A stretch of 64,000 nucleotides of DNA from positions 28,627,673 through 28,691,672 of the forward strand of contig OZ037766.1 in assembly GCA_964035545.1 (NCBI GenBank), in the 5' to 3' direction. Below, in pieces: positions 47,601 to 58,800 of the stretch. This DNA comes from Bugula neritina (Eukaryota; Animalia; Bryozoa). Under the pieces are notes generated by a model. That model was not told the DNA's origin, ran no database searches, and saw only the letters and a program-made list of their open reading frames with translations. How positions within the stretch are numbered: position 1 is the first letter of the stretch; each line of letters opens with the position of its first letter. The translations under genes and the position numbers were made by a program.

Positions 47601-49600
47601 CTTTACCTTATCGTCTGTAGATCCTCTGCCATACAGCTTCCCATCTACTTCCGTCAGTACGAAGGGCTCCGTATCCCACCCGTCAGACTTCAAGGCTGGT
47701 TGAACATCAAGATGGCCGTATATGAGGATGGTCTTTTTAGACTTGTCATGTCCCAGCTCAGCAAAGCATATCGGGGGAATGTCCAGCTGGGTTCCGTCTG
47801 GGAGAGTTTGCTTTCCTGGCTCAACCAGCTCGTACGTACCACCAAGTCTCTTTATCCACTGTACAACACCAAATACTTGTATATATACTATATTTACTAT
47901 ATATACTATACTTACTATATATACTATACTTACTATATACTATATTTACTATATATACTATACTTACTATATATACTATACTTACTATATACTATACTTA
48001 CTATATATACTATACTTACTATATACTAGACTTACTATATATTTATTATATACAACTATATAGTAATTATATACTACTATATAGTCATTGAAGAAAAGCA
48101 TTGAACAATCAAGTGCCACCAGCAAAACTTATACTAACTACTATAACAGAGTAACGGCAAAGTACTCAACCAGGAAGTACTGAAGTGTCATAACTTACGG
48201 TGGTTCTTCAGTCATGTGTATGTATAAAAACAAAAAGCTATAAAATTTCTCTGCAGAAAAATTTTAAGTTAGAAATTCCCCTTCAAATTTGAAACAACTT
48301 GAGTTTAAGATAAATATTGCCAACTATTTTCTAGAAAGCAAAATATTATTGCTTAGCAGAATACAATAATAATCTTTTCAAAGAGGACATTCCTATCCTA
48401 ATTTAGAATAATCCTATTATAACGGTAGCTATTTGATTTTGAATACCCGCAGGTGTGACTGAACAAAGAACAACTTAAGCTAGCTTGAAATTTCACTGCC
48501 ACCCATAGGTCTGACATTGTATTGCTTCCTACTTTAGATTTATACCTCTTGGCTTAGTGTGTGGGTTAACAATGGTAAGAATGCTAGAATTTCACACAAC
48601 TCAAGTTTTAATAGGTTTTTTGGTCCTTATGACTCATCATAATCTTGAAAGATAACATGTAGTAAATATAACAGAAGAAAATGAAAGGGAAATCTATTTT
48701 GGTACATATCATAATGACCATACAATTAGGAGTTTAGTATAGACAAATATTAAGATATTTCATTAGTATTCAATTTATTGCTAGTTTATTATTGCTGCTT
48801 TTTATTATATAATAGAATAGTAAAAACAGCAACTAGCCATATGACCTCACGACTTTTAGAATCACTTGATAAATTCAGTAATATTTATTATTGGATGCCA
48901 TGTGTTCACATATACTCTAACGTTCTCATTCAGATGAATGGCTGGAGTGGACATATAATACATTGCAGTAATATTACAAAAATACATTCATCATTAACAT
49001 TATTACTATACCTATTATTATATTCATGGTATTATTAGGTAACTTTAGTTCCATATCAACTATAAAGAAACTAAAAAAACTAATTCCATTGCCATAATAT
49101 TTCTACTTTAGGTTAACAGGGACAAGTGAGAGTGAGAGCATTAATTTTGGTCCCCTAATTTAGCATAAAGATGTTTATTATAAACAAAAGATACCTCAGC
49201 TACTTCCACCACTTGTTTCTTGATTTCTCCTCTCTTCTCTGGCCATGCCGATACACTCTGTATTGCTACAGATTGTGCAAGTCTTTCTATATACAGAGAT
49301 TGATGCTCATCAATGTACCTATGGCAACAAACCCAACATGCTGATTCAAAATAAATGACTTTATTCACATGTCTACTCTCTATTATTTATTGCCAATTAC
49401 AATAACTCTTTACTGATTGTGTTATTAGAAACTATAGTTGTGAAAAGTTGACGTGAAGCGTATACATACAACTTGCCATCTTATTGAGACCCTGTGGTTT
49501 GCATAGACTTGTTACTTATTTTATTATTGAGGTTATTGAAATTGAGAAATAAATCACAGATAACTTACCCAAAGACTTTGGCAAGATTCTCACTAGCCAT
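42336..49600 (-). CDS. CNDP2: Cytosolic non-specific dipeptidase (M20A, carnosine dipeptidase 2), 477 aa with exon 10a
   Basis: Exons (minus): 49600-49569, 49318-49195, 47858-47607, 46651-46493, 46110-46037, 45662-45588, 45433-45300, 45177-45067, 44494-44323, 43999-43914 (10a), 43156-42990, 42383-42336. Intact motifs [59 protein letters not shown]. No signal peptide, which favours CNDP2 over secreted CNDP1. Confidence 0.95.
43787..43878 (-). CDS. CNDP2: CNDP2 alternative exon 10b (paralogous to 10a)
   Basis: ctgttttag|T...ACAG|gtaaat, 92 nt, same phases (2 then 1) as 10a. Encodes [30 protein letters not shown]. Confidence 0.85.
43914..43999 (-). CDS. CNDP2: CNDP2 alternative exon 10a
   Basis: ctgtttag|G...ACCG|gtgagt, 86 nt. 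Encodes [28 protein letters not shown]. Confidence 0.9.
46113..46290. repeat. 23-bp minisatellite (acaagcatatataatactaatat)n adjoining the CNDP2 exon 5 acceptor
   Basis: About 7 copies; the terminal copy gives tgcttgtag on the minus strand. Confidence 0.9.
47872..48082. repeat. AT-rich repeat of about 18-20 bp (tatatactatacttacta)n
   Basis: About 10 copies next to the CNDP2 exon 3 acceptor. Confidence 0.9.
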
Positions 49601-49949
49601 GTTTTATGCTGCAAAAAATAGAAGAATTGTTGATAATATTAATAATATGTTTTGGATAGAAAAATAATCACAAATTACAAAAATAAAAATACTTTTAATA
49701 ATTGCTGACCAATTCTAAGGGAAAATATATATTTAATAAATATCATTACACATTGAGTTGCCATATACCTAATAGAAACCAAACTAATAGTAATAGTCTC
49801 TTTCAAAATAAAAGTGACATGATAAAAGCCATTAAACAAATATAAATGTTAAAAAGATAACCAGAGCCCAGAAAGCAGAAGAAAAATCAAAATGAAAAGA
49901 AAAAGCGACATTTAAATTAAATACTAAAAGTATTATTAAATTTAATACT

Positions 49950-50880
49950 TATAGTTATACTAATAGTAATACTAGTAGTAATAGTAATAGTAATAGTAAT
50001 AGGAATAGTCATAGTGAAATAGTTATGGGACAGTTACGACTTACGAGTTATAATTTAAGTTAATGTTATACAGTTAACGTCGCAGTGCGGGAGTCAGCCC
50101 GAGAATCACTACGAGTAGGACATTGACTTTGAGTATGAGTACGATATTCATATTGATAATAAATATCATATTGATTATCAATTCATATTGAAAATGAACG
50201 CGATTATACGAGTATGACAATCATAATAAACTTAAAGTTACACCATCATCATCATGACCAGCATGAGTATGACTATGAGTATCACTAAGACTATCACTAT
50301 GAGTAAAGAGCGGGCCATAGCCATACTCATATTCTCATTAGCCGTCTATGGGTATCACTATCAGTATGAGTATGACTTGTCTTTCTCTTACAGTTACTCT
50401 TATCTTATGAATATGAGTGATGACTTATGAAGTACAACTTCACTCTAAGACTAAGAGTAAGAGTAAGTCTAATACAAATAGTAACACTATGACTAATAGT
50501 AATACTAATACCAATAGTATTTGAGTAATAACAATACTTATAGTTATAGTTATACTAACACTAACAGTAATAGTAATACTAGTAGTAGTAGTAAATGTAA
50601 TAGTAATACTAATAGTAATACAGTAATACTAATAGTAATACTAATAGTAATACTAATAGGAATATTATTACTATTAATATTATTAATATTAGCATTACTA
50701 ATACAGTAATACTAAGTCTAATAGTAATAGTAATAGTAATAGTAATAGTGATACTAATAATAATAGTAATACTATAACTATAACTATAACTTGAGTTAAC
50801 TATAACTATAAGTATAAGTATAAGTATAAGTATATCATATGATCCTGACAACAAAGTCATCATGATCATGCTATATGAAG
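49950..50880. repeat. Degenerate hexamer/trimer array (taatag, tatgag, tactaa, tataag)
   Basis: The 6-bp periodicity persists while the motif drifts. It lies upstream of the CNDP2 ATG, probably in a 5'UTR intron (acceptor ttttttgcag 8 nt before the ATG; candidate donor GTGAGT at 50925). Confidence 0.8.
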
Positions 50881-52884
50881 TATTACAATCACTTATAAAT
50901 TTCCCTTTAAAGTTTAAAAACTCACTAGCAGTTACGGTTTTACAGAGCTTGTAAATGAAAAGTTCTTTGTAGAACTTCTAAATGAATGGCTTTAAATTTT
51001 TAACTTTATCCACCCACTTCACGTTGCAAAATAATAAAAGCCAGAAAGTTGTTTTGATTTTAAAGGCCATAGCAGTATCCCAACCTTACTCTAGCATTTT
51101 CATAAAGAACCTGGGTTAATGTTATTGAGCTGTTAAGAACAATGATACGCTAATCATCTAGCTTATGATTTTCTTAGTTAGGAGATCAAGGAAACACTTT
51201 GCGCCAGCTTTAGAAAACTAATTTGTTTTGAAAAGACAACTCGACAGTGCCATCTTGATTATTTGTCATTGCAAAACATTATAGTTTATATAGCCCATAT
51301 AATTTTGAGTGCTCCTCAGTTATCTCCTCCATGTCCATGTTTGGGTAGCAGAATAAATTGTTTATGAGCTGTTAAAGCTGAACATCTTATTTTATTTTTA
51401 CCGTGATTTTGAGGAAAAAACTTTTCAATTCAATTGAATCATTGCATTGTGCTAAAAGATGAATTTCAAGTGTTACGTTTCTATTTTCTACCAGAATGAG
51501 AATGGCATATAATAAAGTAGTGAACAATTGTCCAATAATGTGAATATGATGAACTATCGGGTAGATTATTCCATAGCTGCAATGTTATACAAGATACATG
51601 AGATGTTAAATATACATGTATATTATTTTCTATTTTAGGAATTCTTTTACTACAAGTATAATATGTAGGCCTATTTACTACCTGGTTTAACATGCTCATA
51701 TAAAAGAAGTTGTCCCCCACCAAATTGAGAGTTTCTTCTCAATATACAAAGGTTCAAAGTAAATCGTACAAAAGGCAGTGACTAGGAGTTGCTTCCTATG
51801 CTAAAACAACAAAATACTGCAATGTTTTAAACTGCTTTCTGTTGTTACAGCTGAGAACTTTTACACCCCATGCTGCCTTGTTTCAAGCAGATGAGGACTT
51901 GAGCTTTACAGAAGTAATTTATCAGAGCAGTGGACAAGTAGCATATAGTGAAGAGGTCAAGGTGCTATGAGATTTCATGCTGTTTCCTCAATCACAGTAT
52001 GCTTTACAAGTTACAACCAATAGCCAACACAACTAAACAAACATGACTGCCCTTTATATCAGCAAACCACATTCTCTAACTTACACTAAAGAATTAAGTT
52101 TATACTTGCAGTTTATACTTTTATTATTTAAGCAATTAAACTTAATGGTGACAATTACCCATAACATAATAGAATATGTAATTATGCTACAATAAAAATT
52201 TAATAGAAACTCAAAAATTCAAATTAATTTTATTTTCGCAATACATGTTAACAAAATAACAAATATCAAAGAAAAAAGATATTGGAATACAAAAGGCAAC
52301 ACGGCTGCCAATATTGAATTCATACCGGTTGGCTCTTCCGCAGAAAATCTTTGACTTTTATCTAGTGCTATTAGTGAGTCAGTTGTCGTAAATAACAATA
52401 ATAAGCTAATGAGAAATTGTGTACAATATTTATATAAATAATTAGACAAAGCATAGATACATAACAAATCATCTATAAATTCTCACATAATTCTATTCAC
52501 TACTTTCAAGAACAAAGTGTGAAATAAAGTAGGGAAGAGTAATTATAAAACAATAATAATATTCTTATGGTGATACAATGATGCCAGCATACATCTAGTG
52601 TTTAGTTGAACGTAGATCTGGGATCTCGACTGATAGAAACTTCCGGAGAAAACACCACCCTGATCCTTTCAGTACAGCACATCAGCTTACACAACGAATT
52701 TAGAATTCTTTATTTGCTGTTTCCGACTTGCAATATGGCCATCTGAATCCGTAGCTATACACGTGAGTATAGTTATTGAGCAAGCCATTTGTAGAGACAG
52801 ACAGACAGACAGACATACATACCAAGAACGTACTCTCCAGAAGAGAGCAGCAAAATGATTGCAAACAAGATTACAAGAGGGTCA

Positions 52885-55800
52885 CTATTGTGAGCGTATT
52901 TGTATGTACGTGGTGGGGACAAATCCCTCGTCTCCCGTATCCTTTCTAATCCGAGTCCACCCATCTCCATTATCAAATTCCACTACAGAGAACTGCTCTT
53001 CAGCGACCATGTCCAGTGACCCAGGAGTAGTAGCTGTAACAATATGTCCAGATAACATACATATATATATATACACACATCCTTGCGGGCTCAAGAGCAC
53101 ACACATATATATCTGTAGACACAGGAACACGTGAGATGTATAAAATAGCTATGCAACACTGCCTCACCTTGAAAAGGGTAAAGGGCAGAGGCGGATCCAA
53201 CAACAGTTAGGGGTTCAAAATCTTCATCAAAACTGCCCGTTTCATCATAGCTATCTGCCATTGCAGCGCTGAAAAAGCAAACAGTCTACTGTCACCTACC
53301 CTACTAGTATTATTGAGCGAGCGATGAGCAACGAACAGGTGGATCAGTTGAAAGAAAGCTAATGGCGACTAAAGTTGATGGCGAATTGCATTCTGTCAAC
53401 TGATTAACAAAATTGAAACAAATATTATACAATCTAGTAAGCTGTTGAAAAGTAGCAGGTATATCAGAATAAATAAATCATACAAAATAGATGACTATGC
53501 AGTCTGGCTATGATGCAACAAAACCATCAGTGAGTTGAAAGCATTCCGTCTTTTTGTTAATCTGTAGACCACTGCTACAAGTCTTTACAAAGCAATATAT
53601 CTTTCATAAGTTTCATACATTAGTTCTAAGTGCTGCACTTTTAACTATGAATCAAATATTTTGAGAACAGAAATTTGTCACAACATATATTTTGTAGGTA
53701 GGTATGGTGTAATATGCTTCACAATAACAGAACCGTGTGACAGAAAGGCTGAGTTAGTACGACAATCTATTTGTGACAAGACAGTATTACAGTAGATACA
53801 CTCACACTGAAACTTGAATTTTGAATTTAATGTTCTAAATTTAAATTAAACAGATAGCAAGAGAAATAGAACCCTTATACTATGAGCATCTAGCTAAAGA
53901 CAGGGTAGCAGAGCGAAAGAGAGCGAGATAGTCAGATTTCATTTGTAAACCACAAGATTTAATAAACCAATCTACAATAGCATAGTTTATCGATTAAAAT
54001 AGTACAGTCTATCTACTATGATAGCCTATCTACTATATTAGCCTATCTATTATAATAGTTTATCTACTATAATAGTAGATGCTAAAGAAAGGTACAAAAG
54101 GTGGTCAGAAATTGGGACAGCACACACACGCGCACACACACAGTTACAATGTCACAAAGCAGCCACTCACAGCACATGTTTCAATGTCAAGGTCATAAGC
54201 CATAACGACCTTCCACCTCAGAGTGAATTCCAGAAACTCTCAGCCATACTCCGTCAAAGCTTTACATTAAAACTCAGCACTGGAGTTCAGAAAATGTCAT
54301 ATATTTTAGAATTCCTTTTTGAAAAAGATTATTGGGGTTGAAATAAGTTTGATTTAGTAAAATAAGAGCTTTTCTAGAGAGGATTTTGTCGTGAATTTTT
54401 AGTTGCTGGCATCTGGCTAGGCTTCAAAATTCACTCCGAGTAACAGGAAATAAGAGAAAGAATACTTCAAATCATTACAAATGAAAGAGAAGCCGGATGA
54501 TGGTTTACCTATCATCTAACGTTTTCGGACTATCATCGTAGTATAGTTGGCTATGTACAGACTGCGCTGACCGCACACTATACATAGAGCTGAAACATTA
54601 CACGTATTATTGAAGGTACAACAGCTTGGTCACACCAAGTGAAAATAAAAGTCGTCTACTACTACTAACTACTATGAAATGAAAGACAACTACGCCCAGC
54701 CGTGTAGAAGTTATTAACAGTCATGCATCTGCATACAAAGATAAGATGATTAAGATACTTTGAGATGACCTGCAATGTTGGCACAAAAATGTGAATGTAT
54801 TAAATTTGCCAAATAGAAAATTGATGGGGAATTATAGTTTAGAAAAACACTTTATAATTAATAATAGATTTGTGTTGCACATTATCACATCAGTACAAAA
54901 TTACTAAAAACTCGCTCGCTGCAGTCAAACTGATGTGCTCTAAGTGATGTTGTCCAGAAAAAACTCTTAATCCTAACAAACTGTGGCGAATGGGGCACAC
55001 AATTTCCTTTGTCAAGGGGAAAATATTAAATCAGGACTGTCCAGTTACATAATATTGAATTAAACTGCAAAGCCAATGACAGGTGAGCCAAAGCAATGAA
55101 ATTATTAAAAACATGCATGCAGAAAGTCTACTGTAAACCAGATTGCTTAGGCATGCAGCCGTGAAATTTTATTTGGAACATTTTAACATTACATAAAATT
55201 AGCTAGACAGCCTTGCTTTTAGTAGAAAAGTAACTAGTTGTACGTGAGCTAGAACTGTGAAATCATAGAAACATAAGAACTGCAGCAATACAAAGCAGAC
55301 ACATGCAGATTGACTAACTTAGTAACAAAAATATTATTTGAAATTAATATGGTAATTATCTCCCTTACGTGGTTTGTCTGTGTGGTGTTGAGCTAACACT
55401 GAGACTATTCGGGGTTCCACCATTCACTGCAAAATATTGAAACAAAAACAGTTAATCCAGTTTATCCTTTATAAAGCAAAGATGGTAGAGAAGTGGTACT
55501 GAGAGATGGTATAGAAGCGGTACTGAGAGGTGGTATAGAAGTGGTACTGAGAGATGGTAGAAAAGTGGTACTGGGAGGTGGTAGAGAAGTGGTACTGAGA
55601 GGTGGTATAGAAGTGGTACTGAGAGATGGTAGAAAAGTGGTACTGGGAGGTGGTAGAGAAGTGGTACTGGGAGGTGGTAGAGAAGTGGTACTGAGAGGTG
55701 GTAGAGAAGCGGTACTGGGAGGTGGTAGAGAAGCGGTACTGAGAGGTGGTAGAGAAGCGGTACTGGGAGGTGGTAGAGAAGTGGCACTGAGAGATGGTAG

Positions 55801-58800
55801 AGAAGTGGTACTGAGAGATGGTAGAGAAGTGGTACTGGGAGGTGGTAGAGAAGTGGTACTGAGAGGTGATAGAGAAGTGGTACTGAGAGGTGGTAGAGAA
55901 TTGGTACTGAGAGGTGGTAGAGAATTGGCACTGAGAGACGGTAGAGAAGTGGTACTGAGAGATGAGGATGGTGCTATGGTGCTACCCTACGTCATGACTT
56001 GATAAGTTGGTTTCAGCACCACCTGTGTAAACGTCTATCAATGTTAAAATTTTTCTTTGAAAAGTGACTGCTCTACGAAATAATCGGAATAATTAAATGT
56101 ATTCCGGAGCCAGCGGACTCTTACAGACTGAGTAAGTTAGAAATCATTTGCTTCACACCCCAACATTGACAGGCTAACACTTAACACCAGTTTGAATTCC
56201 ATACTCTTGGGTGCTTCATTTTAACAAGAAATGCTAATAAATTCATCATAAGAAGTCTCAGAAATAACAACAAACATAGACTGAGCACCAAGAGTGTTAC
56301 CTCCAGTAGACGGCTGAACAGCTGGAGATTCTGAGGAACCTGCACTATGAAATGAGCCTACAGATGATCGTCTGGCCATGACTGGGGTGTCTCCAGAAGC
56401 GGCTGCTAGGTAACCCTGCATGTAAATAGTATTCCAAGTTATTTACCAATGCCAAGGGGAAAAAACTCTAGCAATATGTAATAAGCTAACTTCTAAGCAA
56501 AAGCTGCAGGAAGTAAAATAGACAAGAAATACTAGAAGCAATGTCTCAATGTAGAGATGTAATACTATGTAGAGATGTAAGTACTAGGTAGAGATGTAAG
56601 TACTACGTAGAGATGGAAGTACTACGTAGAGATGTAAGTACTACGTAGAGATGTAAGTACTACGTAGAGTTGTAAGTACTACGTAGAGATGTAAGTACTA
56701 CGTAGAGATGTAAGTACTACGTAGAGATGTAAGTACTACGTAGAGATGTAAGTACTACTTACCTCAAACTTGGCAAGTTCACTCTCTAGAGCAGCTAGTT
56801 TCTGGTTGCTCTCATCTAGCTGGTGTTGCACAGAGTTGGCGTCTCCTAGCTGAGGGTTGGTTTGGTAGACGCCCTGCATCTTCACAATACCGTCCCTACC
56901 ATGTAGACAGAGTCAGTCACAGTTATGGTTGGCAACACAACATGTTCAACCAAATACAGACGCTGATACTTATTAGATGCATGAAACACTGCAGTATACG
57001 TTAGCACACAATAGCACATCTTAGCAAACAATAACACACATTAGCACACTCTAGTTAGAGCATCCAGTTATTATTGCAGAGTTACCAACGTCCACAACTG
57101 TTTACATTCCGGTTACAAGACACCGCTGTAACTGGTTTCACAAACAACAAGCCAACAACATACTTTAGAAGTTGCTCACCCCTGACACCCACTACACATG
57201 ACTAGCTTCACATGTCACCTACCTGGATGCACTCTCCTTGTTTATCTGATGTTTAATGGTTTTTATCTTCTCTTTCAGCTGCTTCTTTTGCTGCTGCGGA
57301 GGGAGGTGACTGAAGTCTTCACTGGCCGGCTCAGAGCCCTGGGGTTACAGAAGTGAGATACAGTTGAATGGAATAAACTCTCTAAGTACGCTAACTTAGA
57401 GTAACCCAGTACTACTAGCATGCGATGACTTCACGCATCAGCTGATTGAAAAGGGGGAGAGAAGATGACCCCCTCTCCAATTCTTGGCCAGTTTTTGATA
57501 GATTGTAGAATGGTTAGAACCTCAAAATATTGTTAGAATATTGAATTGTTACTCTTATTTGATGCATTCCCAAATTTCAGACAGCTGTCTTAGAGAAAAA
57601 TATTCTTTGAAGTCCATCAAGTATGGCAGTATAAACTTTTTGCATAACTATTCAACGAATCTTAAAAAAATTCAAGCAAAATATAAAAACAAAATCTAAA
57701 TTGAAGTATCAAATCTATCTCTCAGCAAACAACAAGTATATAACATGTGTGTAAAGAGGCTACGTATTGAACGAACACAGGCTATGCTGCCACGGCATAT
57801 CTAAACTACAGTTGTGCAGTCATGCAAGGTGGGAGTACACATAAACTGAGGACAACATTACGGTACACAAAACAGCCTAAGCTGGCGGGTTGACTAGTTG
57901 ACCTAGATAGTAGCAAGTTGACCTAGATAGTAGCAAGTTGACCTAGATAGTAGCAAGTTGACCTAGATAGTAGCAAGTTGACCTAGATAGTAGCAAGTTG
58001 ACCTAGATAGCAAGTTGACCTAGCTAGTAGCAACTTGCCCTAGAATCTAGATAGTGGCAAGTAATATAGATTTGGACCAATTATTTCCTACTGTAAAGCA
58101 GATTTAACCAGCTGCTCTGAAGCTAAAGCAAGGCATTGCATGCATTCCTCGCAGGAGTAACAAATAAACTGGGTATCAGAACTCAACCAACAGATAGAAA
58201 GAATAACCGAAGACAGACTCTTGTAGCAACGGATGTTAAAGAAAGAATGAAAATGTGAATAGCAAAAAGCTGAATGAATTTTCGGAACAAAATCAGACAG
58301 ATTTAGAGAATAACAGTCCAACAGCAAGGTTCTTACAGAGATTGAAGTCGGGAGGCTATATCTACCACCCATCTTTCTGCAGCAAAATCTCCGGAGCTAA
58401 GAGCAAAAGTTAGTTGATGGAATAGAAAACCTGATGAGTGAAGGAGTGTTACACTTAGCCTGATTTCCAACAAGACAAGGTCAAGCAATGAATAAACGAA
58501 CACCAACTAAATGATTGCCTAAACGTTTGCAATTAGCATATATCAGTAAGCCATGTATCAGTAAGCGTGTAGAGTATGTTTATAAGTGTCAGTATGTGGG
58601 TAGCGGGCAAGATGTATCAGTATGCAGGTAAGATATAGGAGAACGCAGGTAAAATTATCAGTATACAGATATAGCAGAGCGTAGATGTGGTAAAGTATAT
58701 ACTATTCACCAGAGTATTTTTGTATAACTCAACTATATATAAGTAAGACCAACAACTTGCGTAGTTACCTTACCCTGTGTTTTATAGAATTTCCCTGCAT

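Noticed and set aside
47859-49194. Possible U12-type intron in CNDP2 (donor GTATCTTTT)
   Set aside because: The donor deviates from GTATCCTT and there is no TCCTTAAC-type branch site near the acceptor; treated as U2-type.
50254-50430. 58-codon ORF MTSMSMTMSITK... with a hydrophobic stretch
   Set aside because: By-product of the 6-periodic degenerate repeat.
55452-56002. 159-aa and 169-aa periodic ORFs on both strands
   Set aside because: A 24-bp stop-free minisatellite within an F-BAR gene intron.
58088-58372. 94-aa minus-strand ORF in an F-BAR gene intron
   Set aside because: No convincing phase-compatible splice boundaries and no recognisable motif.
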